From Mobula hypostoma (lineage: Eukaryota), in contig NC_086097.1 of assembly GCF_963921235.1 (NCBI RefSeq), positions 230,580,001 to 230,644,000 on the forward strand: a stretch of 64,000 nt of DNA. Direction: 5' to 3'. Below the pieces are notes generated by a model, which did not search any database, had not been told where the DNA came from, and saw only the letters and a program-made list of their open reading frames with translations. Below, one piece after another: positions 37,934 through 50,379 of this stretch. Both the position numbers and the translations under genes were made by a program. Every line of letters starts with the position of its first letter. The stretch's first letter is position 1.

Positions 37934-38597
37934 AACTGAAGGAAGAGTTAGTAAGAGATTTGAAAGTGGGAGGGGGAGGAGGGAGATCCAAAATGATAGG
38001 AGAAGACAGGAGGGGTAGGGACGGAGCCAAGAGCTGGACGGGTGATTGGCAAAGGGGATATGAGAGGATCATTGGACAGGAGGTCTGGGAAGAAAGACGG
38101 GGGGGGGGAACCCAGAGGATGGGCAAGGGGTATAGTCAGAGGGACAAAGGGAGAAAAAGGAGAGAGAGAGAAAGAATGTGTGTATATAAATAAATAACAG
38201 ATGGGGTACGAGGGGGAGGTGGGGCATTAGCGGAAGTTGGAGAAGGCAATGTTCATGCCATCAGGTTGGAGGCTACCCAGACGGAATATAAGGTGTTGTT
38301 CCTCCAGCCTGAGTGTGGCGTCATCTTTACAGCAGAGGAGGCCGTGGATAGACATGTCAGAATGGGAATGGGATGTGGAATTAAAATGTGTGGCCACTGG
38401 GAGATCCTGCCTTCTCTGGCAGACAGAGCGTAGGTGTTCAGCAAAGCGGTCTCCCAGACTGCGTCGGGTCTCACCAATATATAGAAGGCCGCATTAGGAG
38501 CACCGGACGCAGTATATCACCCCAGCCGACTCACAGGTGAAGTGTCGCCTCACCTGGAAGGACTGTCTGGGGCCCTGAATGGTGGTAAGGGAGGGAG

Positions 38598-39339
38598 GTG
38601 TCTTCCTTTTTTAAAGAAAGGGGCTTCCCTTCCTCCACCATCAACTCTGCTTTCAAACGCATCTCCCCCATTTCACGCACATCTGCTCTCACTCCATCCT
38701 CCCGCCACCCCACTAGGAATAGGGTTCCCCTGGTCCTCACCTACCACCCCACCAGCCTCCGGGTCCAACATATTATTCTCCGTAACTTCTGCCACCTCCA
38801 ATGGGATCTCACCACTAAGCACATCTTTCCCTCCCCCCCCCCCCGCTTTCTGCAGGGATTGCTCCCTAAGCGACTCCCTTGTCCATTCGTCCCCCCCATC
38901 CCTCCCCACTGATCTCCCTCCTGGCACTTATCCTTGTAAGTGGAACAAGTGTTACACATGCCCTTACACTTCCTCCCTCACCACCATTCAGGGCCCCAGA
39001 CAGTCCTTCCAGGTGAGGCGACACTTCACCTCTGAGTCGGCTGGGGTGATATACTGCGTCCTGTGCTCCCGATGTGGCCTTCTATATACTGGCGAGACCC
39101 GACGCAGACTGGGAGACCGCTTTGCTGAACACCTGCACTCTGTCCGCCAGAGAAAGCAGGATCTCCCAGTGGCCACACATTTTAATTCCACATTCCATTC
39201 CCATTCTGACATGTCTATCCACGGCCTCCTCTACTGTAAAGATGAAGCCACACTCAGGTTGGAGGAGCAACACCTTATATTCTGTCTGGGTAGCCTCCAA
39301 CCTGATGGCATGAACATTGACTTCTCAAACTTCCGCTAA
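38598..39339 (+). pseudogene. Penelope-like ORF C-terminus (RT thumb, Cys linker, GIY-YIG endonuclease), frameshifted at a poly-C run
   Basis: ORF 38598..38912 joins the frame of 38542..39339 near 38834-38844; VIYCVLCSRCGLLYTGETRRRLGDRFAEHL...VATHFN...LEEQHLIF.LGSLQPDGMN. Confidence 0.9.
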
Positions 39340-40189
39340 TGCCCCGCCTCCCCCTCGTACCCCCATCCATTATTTATTTATATACACACATTCTTTCTCT
39401 CTCTCTCCTTTTTCTCCCTCTGTCCCTCTGACTATACCCCTTGCCCATCCTCTGGGTTCCCCCCCCCCAACCCCGTTGTCTTTCTCCCCGGACCTCCTGT
39501 CCCGTGATCCTCTCATATCCCTTTTGCCAATCACCTGTCCAGCTCTTGGCTCCATCCCTCCCCCTCCTGTCTTCTCCTATCATTTTGGATCTCCCCCCTC
39601 CCCCTCCCACTTTCAAATCCCTTGCCAACTCTTCTTCCAGTTAGTCCTGATGAAGGGTCTCGGCCCAAAACGTCAACTGTACCTCTTCCTAGAGATGCTG
39701 CCTGGCCTGCTGCGTTCACCAGCAACTTTGATGTGTGTTGCACTGTGCGTACAATTGTATGAGGCAACACAGATACCGTGATTATAATAAGTTTGAATAA
39801 GTATGTATTTCTGAATTATGGAACAATCACTGCACCTCATTAGCTGTTCCCACTTTTTCTGTTGTGGAGGAAAGGGACAAAAATTAAAACGTTCCCAACA
39901 CTGAATTTGTCTGCTGTGTGAATCAATGGTAAATGAAAGGGAAATACTGAGAAATAGTTCTTGTGTTCATCTCAGCTGAGAGAGGTAAACTTTGTGGCAA
40001 GGATTGTCTGGGATGTCACTCCTGTATTTGTCAGCCCACTGCTAAACTGTATCAAAAACAGCTTATTTGTGAGAGTTTGTGCTTATGTTTTGTACATCCT
40101 TAATCTGCACCAGAACTCATGCATAATCAGTTCAACAATGTACATTAATCACTGAATATTATCTCATCACACCGCATCTGCCCAGTCCC

Positions 40190-40775
40190 AAGATAGGAGC
40201 ACAGGGCATAGAAGCAGAATTAGACCATTCGGCCCATTATTTCTGCTCCTCCATTCTGTCGGTGCTGATTTATTACCCCTCCAACCCCATTCTCCTGCCT
40301 TACCCTCCAAATATCCGGACCTGCCTCTCGGTTTTTTTGCACTACCTCACTTTCCATTTTTCTATTTTCTATTGGATTTACAGTATAATTTAAATTTTTC
40401 ATATTTACTAATTTTTACTATTTTAAATATTTTTAATATTTAATATTTGTAATCCAGGGAGTGGGAAGCGCAGAATCAAATATCGCTGTGATGATTGTAC
40501 GTTCTAGTATCAATTGTTTGGTGACAATAAAGTATGAAGTATTCTTCCTGTATCCTTTGACATACCTATTAATGAATAATCTATCAATCTCCACTTTAAG
40601 TATACCCAATGACTTGGCCTTCACAGCTGCCTGTGGCAATGAATTCCACAGATTCACCACCCTCTGGCTAAAGAAATTCCTCCTCATCTCTGTTCTAAGT
40701 GAATGACCTTCTATTCTGAGGTTGTGCTCTCCAATGCTAGACTCCCCCATTATAGGAAACATTCTCTGCACGTCC
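40190..40775 (-). mobile_element. CR1 3' fragment with a nested plus-strand Rex tail (~40297-40535)
   Basis: ORF 40433..40777 (RRNFFSQRVVNLWNSLPQ); the nested tail is nearly identical to 63037-63260. Confidence 0.82.
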
Positions 40776-41810
40776 AAGTATGGATCTTTATTTATATTCT
40801 AGACTATGACAGAAAACCTCACATCCAGTTGAGAGGATAAAGACAACTGGTTCTATGTAGAAAAAACTGTGCCATATAAACTGATTAAGATTACCCAAAA
40901 ATATTATCATAAAAGAGATTTTTTTCCTCCACACTGCAGCAGTGAATGGTAATCCAATATGATAGTTTGTCCTTTCAGAAGAACCAAAAGAAAGCGTATG
41001 AAACATCAATTGTTCCTCTGTTCAACCATCCTCCCTAACTTGCTGAGTGTTTAAATTATTTTTCTCTTTCATTTCACAGAGCTGCTGGGCATGAGAGATT
41101 TCCGTGAATTGACGCTTCAAATCAATCGATATCAGAAAAAGGAAAACCACAACAATGAACTCCTCACCACTCCACCATAACTGTCTGGGTTCAGTGATGA
41201 ATACAGATGCCTCACCTCTGAATCCAATCTCCTGTGCACTCTTACTTGGCAAAGCAGTTGGGCATTCAGAGGCAATGAACCCATTAAGAAACCCACACCT
41301 ATCCATATTGCTATTGGCTAATGAAGAAAAGGAGTGGAGCACCAATAATAACCTTTCTTTTGATAGAACAGCCTTCATAAACTAGAGAAGATAAAAAAAA
41401 GTGCATGCACATAACGAAGTCCAATGTGTGCGACTAAAGATTAGTATTGCTCACAAACATATATTTGCAGTGTTCGCAAAACTTTAGAAAAGAGCAATCA
41501 TATTACTCATCAGTCCAGTCAGCTGGCATACCCTATATCTGAGTCAAAGCTGCAACTTACTGCTGATGCACATGCCTCTAGTGCCCTACCCAGATTTATA
41601 CCGAGTCAGTGATTTTACTCAAAAACAAATGTGATTTGTTAATTTACTGCTGATTGAAGTCCTTGGTACAAGGTATGGAAGTGGACTTACTGGTGACTAT
41701 TTGTAACAAGATCATTAGCATGTTATTTAGCATTTGGAATCATTACAGCCAAGTTCAATCCAGTCCAGGCCTAATGATTGCATGTTTAATATTATCACTG
41801 GTTAAATCAT

Positions 41811-42554
41811 TCTCCTCCTCCCTCACCCCCATTCAGGACCCCACACAACCCTTCTAGGTGAGGCAACACCACACCTGCAAATCTGTTGGGGTCATCTATT
41901 GTATCTCGTGCTCCCAAAGCTCCCTTCCCTACGTTGGTGAGATCCCATGTAAATTGGGGACTGCTTTGTTCAGCCATCCACCTAAAGCAGAATTTTCCAA
42001 TGGCCAGCCATTTAAATTCCTATCTCCATTCCCATTCCAAGATGTCGGTCTGTGACCTCCTCTTCCACCGCAATGAGGTCATAGTCGTGGTGGAGGAGCA
42101 ACACCTCATATTCCATCTAGGTAGCCTCCAAACTAACGACATGAACATCCATTTCTTCTTCTGGTTAATTTTTCCCCTCCCCTTCCATCTTTTTCTATTC
42201 ACCACTCTGACCTCTTTCCTCTTCCCTTCACCCGCCTAACATCTCTACCTGATGCCCTTCCTTCTTCCCTTTCTCCCATGGTCCACTCTCCTCTCCTCTA
42301 TCAGATTCCTTCTCCAGCCCTTTACCTTTCCCACCCACTTGACTTCACTGAGCTACCTTCTAGCTAGTCCTCCTTCCCCTCCCCCCCTTTTTTACTCTGG
42401 CATCTTCCCCTTTCCTTTCCAGTCCTAAAGAAGGGTCTCGTCCTGAAATATTGACTGTTCATTCCTTCCCATAGATGCTGCCTGAGCTGCTGAGTTCCTC
42501 CAGCATTTCGTGTGTGTTGCTTTGGATTCCAGCATCTGCAGTATCTCCTGTGTT
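41811..42554 (+). mobile_element. Older single-armed Penelope-like element (GIY-YIG remnant plus 3' repeat)
   Basis: VGVIYCISCSQSSLPYVGE, EEQHLIFHLGSLQTNDMN; decayed hammerhead at 42421-42456; TSD ACTGGTTAAAYCAT at 41797-41810 and 42555-42568. Confidence 0.88.
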
Positions 42555-44119
42555 ACTGGTTAAACCATGTGCTCTTATCCCTTCCAAGGTACAAGTAACA
42601 ATCAACAATGAATTAAGGACAGATTAGAACTGCAACTTCCTTGATTTGCATGGTTTGTTACCACACCAACCAGTAAACTGAGTCAAAGAAACACAGAAAA
42701 CTTTTTTAAAAAAATTCGTATCAAGTAAAGCATTTCAAATTTATCCAACGCTCTACCAAACGTTGAATGGAACTCCCTAAAAGTTAATGGATACCTTAAT
42801 TCATACTAATAATGTTGCCAAGCACACTACTGTAAACAAAATAGTGGAATTCTCTATAAACTAGTTACAGATTTGACCAAGCCCTTTTAAGATAAACATT
42901 CAAAATTAAAATCACCACCTACAGTTACAGCAAGGCGTACTGGTTGTTAAGATCCAAGGGTCAAGCAAGGTCATTAGAAAATTATGATAAGAGACAAAGG
43001 AGCTTCTGCATTCTCTACCCATTGGATGAGTCTCCACTGTGGCACAAGTACAAGAACTTATGGAATCCACATATCCATTTTAAACATCGTATGCTTTCAT
43101 CCCATCAATTATTTATTCCTCTAAATATATATATATGCTAAGTATGCAATGTTCCATTCCTTGATGTCATAGTATATATCAGATAGATATTAAAAGGAAT
43201 ATGAAATGCTGCAATTGGCAACACTCTTGCAAAACAGAATTTGATAGGCTTTAAAGAGCAGGTTAGGTAAACTGTAAAATTAAATGGAATACCTGCACGA
43301 ATCTCCCTTCCTGTTGTTTATCCCTCTTTAGTGAATTGTTATTGTGCTACAGTTGTGCTGTCTTTACTGCAGGCCTAATACTCAAGTCCAATAAACATAT
43401 TTTAATATAGATGTACAGACAATGTACAGTCACTTCTAGATGGCTTGTAAAACCATATTAATATTTGAACTTGAATTGATGCAAAGACACACAGTAATCT
43501 GTGCAGTTTTTCTGTTCTGTTGTAAGGCACTCTAAGCATGGTCAATGATAGCAAGCAAACAATAGGATAAAGTTATTGTTCAAACTCATTATATAAAGAA
43601 TTAACATGTAAAATTTTAGGCCCACTGTGATCTTTTGATAGATAATAACTCATTTATTTTGTGGAATATATATTTTGAATGAACGCAATTTGTTTCAGTG
43701 AATGCCTTTGCCATCATTTTTCAAAACAGCAAGCAAAATGTTAAACATATTTCAAACTAGTTGTGAAATGCAATAAGCTATACCTGTTAAAAGTGCATAA
43801 CATCCAATAACACTTGTAAAATGAACCTCATCCTTGAAGTTTACAAATTCACAATACAGTTTTCTTATCTGTATAATGCAACTGACAATATCACAAATAA
43901 CTAATTACTCACAGTGTCGAACCATGTTCCAGTCCAGAAAAGATGTTACATCACATTATGGACGGTCGCATGTCAGGATTGTTATATGCAAAACAAAACA
44001 GCAGTGAGAACAAAATAACAGCAGAGGCTAAGAAAATGTTTATCTTATCATATGTCTGGGATACTGTAGAGGTTAGTGCCATTAAAATGGGGATTTATGT
44101 TAAAATATATACACCCTTT

Positions 44120-44633
44120 GAGCTCCTTATCTTAGAAAGGATGTGCTGACATGGGAGAGGGTTCAAAGGAGGTTCACGAAAATTATTCTGGGATTGAAAG
44201 GCTTATTGGAAGGAGCATTTGATGACTCTGGGCCAGTACTCACTGGAAATCGATAGAATGAGGAGGGATTTCATTGAAACCTATCGAATGTTGAATGCCT
44301 CATTAGAGTGGATGTGGAGAGGATCTTTCTTCTGGTAGGTAGGGGAGTCTGACCAGAGGACACAGCCTCAGAATAGAGAGATGTCCATTTAGATGGGAGA
44401 TGAGGAGCAATCTCTTTAGCCAGAGGGTGGTGAATCTGTGGAATTTATTGCCACAGGCAACTGTGGAGGCCAAGTCATTGAGTAAGGCAGGGGTTGATAG
44501 ATTCTTGATTATTCAGGGCACGAAGGGATACTGGGAAAGGCAGATGACTGGGACTGCAAGGGAAATGGATTAGCTATGATGAAATGGCAGAGCAGACTCG
44601 AGGGGCCAAATGGCCTATTTCTGTTCCTATATC
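44120..44633 (+). mobile_element. CR1 3' fragment
   Basis: Degenerate LRKDVLT..RVQRRFT / FSQRVVNLWNLLPQ region and a CR1 3' UTR. Confidence 0.8.
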
Positions 44634-45813
44634 ATTGCCAATAATATAAATGTGCCTGCCTTGATAAAATTTAAGAAAACTCAGATTTATGAGTTTATAA
44701 CACTACAGCACGGAAAACAGACCATTCGGCCCTTCTAATCTGTGCCAAAATTTATGGCTAAATGGCTCAAGAAATTATAAACTCTGTTCAATTTAAAATA
44801 ATATTGCTACCTTTTGGTTAAGTAGATTGAAGGTTAGTTGAAGTTTTGCTGCAAGGCCAAATAACCAGTTTATTCTTAATATAGTTGCTAATCAATCAAA
44901 CTGAATTGAAATAAATTGGTTTAACTTTACTTGCCATATTCAGCCTATACAAACTTAAGTACATGGCTTTCGAAATATTAATCAAAGCAGAGTTGATACC
45001 ATAAACATTCCTAAAGTCTTATCATTCAGTGATAGCCATGTTTATTTGAAACCGGTTATAAATTAATACAACTTAATCGGTAGTGTTCGATCACCAAACT
45101 AGAAGATAATCATATTAAAGTAGATCAGCTGATGACCGGCATTTTTTTCACCGCCTACTCTGTCAAATCAACGCAATGGCTTAGTTATAGAAAAGGATTC
45201 ATATAGAGTAATAATATATACTAACTGCATTTTTAAATTTCTTCTTATTACGGTGTAAAATCAGCATGTTCAATTAAATCTCATCTAACCTTACGTCAGG
45301 TTTAAAACTAAGCCGTTTAGAAAAGCAATCACGTCTCCATCAACACATAAGCTTTTCGTACACGCACATAGTTAAGAGCGCATACACAACCGTGAAAATA
45401 TGCAATCAGAGGCTAGAATATCGACACATTTAATTTAGCCATTATATATCTCTCTATTGGATTTGCTCAGATCAGATATGCAATTGCAGCGTTTGGAAAT
45501 ATTTTACAAGTGCTCGGAGACTTTTGCTGCTTGCATGATTTAAATACGTGACAATTTCTTTCTATTCTTTTGCCGGGATATCTGAGAGAGCAGAGACATT
45601 TATGAATCCCATGTCTTCAGCACTTAATATTCATTTGGCAAATTACCTTCAGTGATATTAAGCCTCGGGTTGGGTAATTTGTAATAAGTTCCATATCTGC
45701 AGTAATCTGATCACGCACACTGTATATGGTCAAAAAAAAACATTCTGCCCCCGAACGGGATTTGAAAAGGGAAACAAAGCTCAATTTAACCTTCACAGAT
45801 CAAAACTCCTTAC

Positions 45814-46260
45814 CTTTCCCCCTTTAAGGAGCACTTCAGAAGTCCCCAAACAGTTAAAATTGAAAAAGACTCAAACGATGCATAACAAGCTAATCCGTGT
45901 TTTTTTAAACAACAGTATTTTTGAAATACTGAATTAAACATTTAAATAGCATACATCCACTTGCAAAACACTCCAAATCCACTTTCTATTTGCGCTGAAC
46001 CCTAACTGCCCAAGAGGTTTCCAGTTCAACGAATCGGAAAAGCAGACGCATCCTGCACACCGCCCAGCAGGGCTGTATACACCAATCCCATTGGTCAATC
46101 ACCTTCCCTAATCACCTGGTACATACAGCAAGCGGAATCCTGATCCCGATTGATGGACCCGGGATCTGTCAATGATAAACTGACAGGTACGTGTCAACCT
46201 CCTCCACCTGGAACTGTTGTCAAACGGGATAGGTTTTTATTAGTAAACTCGTTTTTGATC
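45814..46260 (-). promoter_or_regulatory. Possible promoter and first exon of a minus-strand host transcript
   Basis: Repeat-free and locally CpG-richer; opposed CCAAT/ATTGG boxes at ~46082-46094; consensus donor GAAAG|GTAAGG at 45814/45813. Confidence 0.3.
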
Positions 46261-46443
46261 CGAAAGTGCCAGTTAAAAAGCATCAAAGTCCAAAATAATG
46301 ACTGGTTAATTATGAGGGAAAAAGTTTCAATGGGATTCAAAGATGGTGAACCAAAAATACACTCAACAAAAGTCATACTGAATATTGTTAAGCAACACAC
46401 ATCAAAGTTGCTAATGAAGACTTAAGGATTGTTGCCGGTCCAT

Positions 46444-46673
46444 GACTTAAGGATTGAAGGGCGCCCATGGGCGGCAGTGGAGGCCAAGTCATTGGGTGTA
46501 TTTAAGGCGGAGATTGATAGGTATCTGAGCAGCCAGGGCATCAAAGGTTATGGTGAGAAGGCGGGGGAGCGGGACTAAATGGGAGAATGGATCAGCTCAT
46601 GATAAAATGGCAGAGCAGACTCGATGGGCCGAATGGCCGACTTGCCCACTTCTGCTCCTTTGTCTTATGGTCT
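46444..46673 (+). mobile_element. CR1 3' end
   Basis: AVEAKSLGVFKAEIDRYL; 3' UTR GATGGGCCGAATGGCC; tail TCTTATGGTCTTA. Confidence 0.8.
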
Positions 46674-47494
46674 TACATTAGAATAGATGAATCCTCACGT
46701 TTCCTGGTGTATTTTGCCTCCAACAACTGTAAACTCTCCCTCTTCATATATTTGAACACCAAGTCCTTTTGCAAATTGCACTTGAACAAAACTTTGGAGA
46801 AGCAGGCTGATCCAGAAAGCAATTTTCTGATGACCAAACTTAATGTGTGTGGATGGACGCTGAGATTTGCTGTTGGCTGAACTGTTGCTCCCACCAGAAA
46901 ATCAGCGCCACATATTAACTCATCACAGAGATTTCTGAAGATCGGAAGATAGGAGTCGTTCCATTTGTAATATAAAGGCACTAAAGTAATTTTGAAGGGT
47001 AACCTCTGATGGAAGAAGTATATCACAGTTGTAAACTTGAATCTAACAAGGTCCCACAAATAGCAATGTGAAATGACTAAGAGATAATAGATGAAAATGT
47101 ACACAGGGAACCAGCAGGTAATTGTAAGGCATGAGTCAGCTTGTCCCAGCTTCACTGTGACAAAGCCGCGAATGAGCTGGAGGCCACCCTCCAGAATATC
47201 AGGTACCTGCTCCACGACTAGACTGTGCATGCCTGAAGGACAAATGTCTTGAGCTAAAGATCCATATACACTGTACATTGGGCCTCTTAGTTTTATGCCG
47301 TGGCAGCAGATCTGGCTGTGAATGGGGTCCAAATGAAAAAAAAGTATGCAAAGTTCAATGGCTTGGAATTTTACCCCATTACTTTATCCAAGAACCTAAA
47401 ATTACATAGAAGTGCTGGAAATTAACTTCTGTGTTTTCAGAATCAGTTTTATATTATTTAAGTTTATGACTTTACGTGTCACAGACTTACACAA

Positions 47495-47820
47495 GGTGAC
47501 ACGGCAGTGTAGCGGTTAGTGTAGAGCTGTACAGTGCCAGAGCACCAGGCTCAATTCCTGCCACTGTCTACGCGGAGTTTATATGTTCTCCGCGTGACCA
47601 CGTGGGTTTGTCTCGACTGCTTCGGTTTCCTTCCACATTCCAAAGCTCTACAGGCTAGGGTTAGTCAGTTGTGGGGATGCCATGTGGGGTGCCAGCAGCA
47701 TGGCCAGACTTGTGGGCTGCCCCCAGCAAATTCACGGACTGTGTTGGTTGTTGACGCAAACACCACATTTCACTGTATGTTTCAATGTTTTGATATGCAT
47801 GTGACAACTAATCTTTGATC
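47495..47820 (+). mobile_element. tRNA-derived V-SINE-like element with a Rex-type tail
   Basis: CAGTGTAGCGGTTAG A box, GCTCAATTCC B box, GTTCTCCGCGTGACCACGTGGGTTT core, CATGTGACAA end. Confidence 0.72.
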
Positions 47821-48134
47821 ATTAGCAGCGTGTAAAAACTGTTCAAATTTGATTGGGACACTCTGAGCTTGGAGCATCAGCACCTACCACCAAATGCCCA
47901 GAGGTCCATGTTGCCCTACAGGGTGCGCTTAACAATCAGGCCACCAGGACAATTGGACCTATGGGGCTGCAAAAAGTGTGGAGGTGACAATGGGAGCATT
48001 AGGCTACACCAAACATCTTCCAGTCCATTGGGTGATAATCCACCTGAGAGAACAGACAAAACATACATTTAAGATTTGTTGCACTGCAAAACTACCTACT
48101 TTTCTCAAGGCATCAATGGAGCAATGTGTTGGTA

Positions 48135-49103
48135 GCTGCTCTACTCTCTGTATACACATGACTGTGTGGATAGGCATAGCTTAAATACCATCTACAAATT
48201 TGCTGATGATACAACCATTGTTGGTAGAATCTCAGGTGGTGACGAGAGGGCATACAGGAGTGAGATATGCCAACTAGTGGAGTGGTGCCACAGCAACAAC
48301 CTGGCACTCAACGTCAGTAAGATGAAAGAGCTGATTGTGGACTTCAGGAAGGGTAAGACGAAGGAGCACATACCAATCCTCATAGAGGGATCAGAACTGG
48401 AAAGAGTGAGCAGCTTCAAGTTCCTCGGTGTCAAGATCTTTGAGGATCTAACCCAGTCCCAACATACTGATGTAGTTATAAAGAAGGCAAGACAGCGGCT
48501 ATACTTTATTCAGAGTTTGAAGAGATTTGGCATGTCAATAAATACACTCAAAAACTTCTATAGTTGTACCGTGGACAGCATTCTGACAGACTGCATCACT
48601 GTCTGGCATGGAGGGGCTACTGCACTGGACCGAAAGAAGCTGCAGAAGGTTGTAAATCTAGTCAGCTCCATCTTGGGTACTAGCCTACAAAGTACCCAGG
48701 ACATCTTTAGGGAGCGGTGTCTCAGAAAGGCAGCATCCATTACTATGTCCAGAACCCAGGGCATGCCCTTTTCTCATGGTTACCATCAGGTAGGAGATAC
48801 AGAAGCCTGAAGGCACACACTCAGTGATTCAGGAACAGCTTCTTCCCCTTTGCCATCCAATTCCTAAATGGACATTGAACATTTTATAATATACAGTATT
48901 TCTGTTTTTGCATATTTTTAAAAATCTATTCAATATACATAATCGATTTACTTCTTTATTTATTGTTTTATTTTATTTATTATTATTGTTACTTTTTTTT
49001 CTCTCTCTCTCTCTGCTAGATTATTTATTGCATTGAACTGCTGCTGCCAAGTTAACAAATTTCTCGTCACATGCTGGTGATAATAAACCTGATTCTGATT
49101 CTG
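48135..49103 (+). mobile_element. Rex1/Babar LINE 3' fragment
   Basis: ORF 48166..48810 (YKFADDTTIVG, LALNVSK.KELIVDFRK, FKFLGV, KKARQRLYFI); (GATTCT)n tail. Confidence 0.93.
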
Positions 49104-50379
49104 ATAATGCCATTTCTACTGAGTAGATGTTTGGGTAATTCTTGTGTCAGTCAAAATTCCAAAAACCCCACTGCTGTAAGAGACCAAGATTAATGTTATG
49201 TTCATATGTTGTATATTGATCATCCTCCATTCAATATAATTGTTTGGCAATATTACCTCGTTTTCACTGGGGAGAAGCCACCATAGAATCTATGGTCTTG
49301 GAAGACTTGACAATTTTCACTTCATGTTGTGTAAGGAAATGTTTCACATGAATTAAAATGTGAAAACTAATTAATGTTAGGAACAAGGCTTTTCAAAATG
49401 CAGACTCTGGCTTTATTAGATCAGAATTATTATTAGAACAGTGAAGAAATGATTTTTGCTTTCGATTTAACCATTCAAAATATCCATCTGTTTTCTAGTT
49501 CAGCCAGAATAGAAACTCAACTGTATTGGCTTATAATTTTCAATAGTAAACATAACTACAATATTTATGAAAGCATATTAGTTTTTGATTTAGAATATGT
49601 ATTTTGAGAAGTTCTAATATACAGTGTATGTATCTTGCATGAACAGCTGTAAAATCTCTAAGAAATGTTTAAACAATAACATTTGCCAAAAGACACATCT
49701 TGACACACCTCATCAGATGTGGTAACATGAAAAAGGCATCTCGTAGATGGTGAGAATCTTTAATAATGGAAGCTGTCTTTGTGAGATAAAGATGTCCTCA
49801 ACAGCTAGGATGGTTGTGCCTGTGATGGAGCTGGTTGAGCCTTCAAACTTCTACAGTTAATGTTCCAGTTGAATTCTAAAACTTAACAGTTGGTCTTTAA
49901 CACCTCCATGTTAGGTGCTATCACAAGTCTTCACTCAACTTGAAGTTTTCCTGTCTACCTTCTCTGGTGCTTGATGCAAGAACTTAGTGTAGGAAGCATA
50001 AAGAACTCCATTGATAGAATACTATCTTAAATGGAGAAATGTCCCCCAAAATGTAATCCATCTCTTCATCTGCAGGAATATTTCTCAAAATTCTCTTTTT
50101 CCATTTCTTTTCCCTCTACCAAACTCTCGCAATTTAACCCATTCACCTCCTGTTACCCATTCTTTTAATGATGCTGTGTTCCTAACAGCAGTGATCAGAG
50201 TATAAGGTTATCAATTGGTGAAAAGTTATTGTTGAACCCAAAAATGGTCACCTATTTGATAGCCCCTTTATTGTGGATATTGCCATCTAGATACTTGAAA
50301 CAAGAACTGACTCAAAGCTTTTTTTGACCTCTTTAGTAAAGGACTAAGTTGATAAGCCTTCCATCGGCAATAGATATAT

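Larger units (their letters stand above)
37803..39741. mobile_element. Neptune-type Penelope-like element, two-armed inverted insertion (minus arm 37803-38600, plus arm ~38595-39741)
   Basis: RT C-terminal region (FKERGFP, VPLVLTYHP), Cys-rich linker (PCKWNKCYTC) and GIY-YIG domain; TSD TGCACTGTRCGTACA at 37788-37802 and 39739-39753. Confidence 0.94.

Noticed and set aside
41078..41180. Plus-strand acceptor followed by ELLGMRDFRELTLQINRYQ...*
   Set aside because: No supporting plus-strand exons and no recognisable protein.
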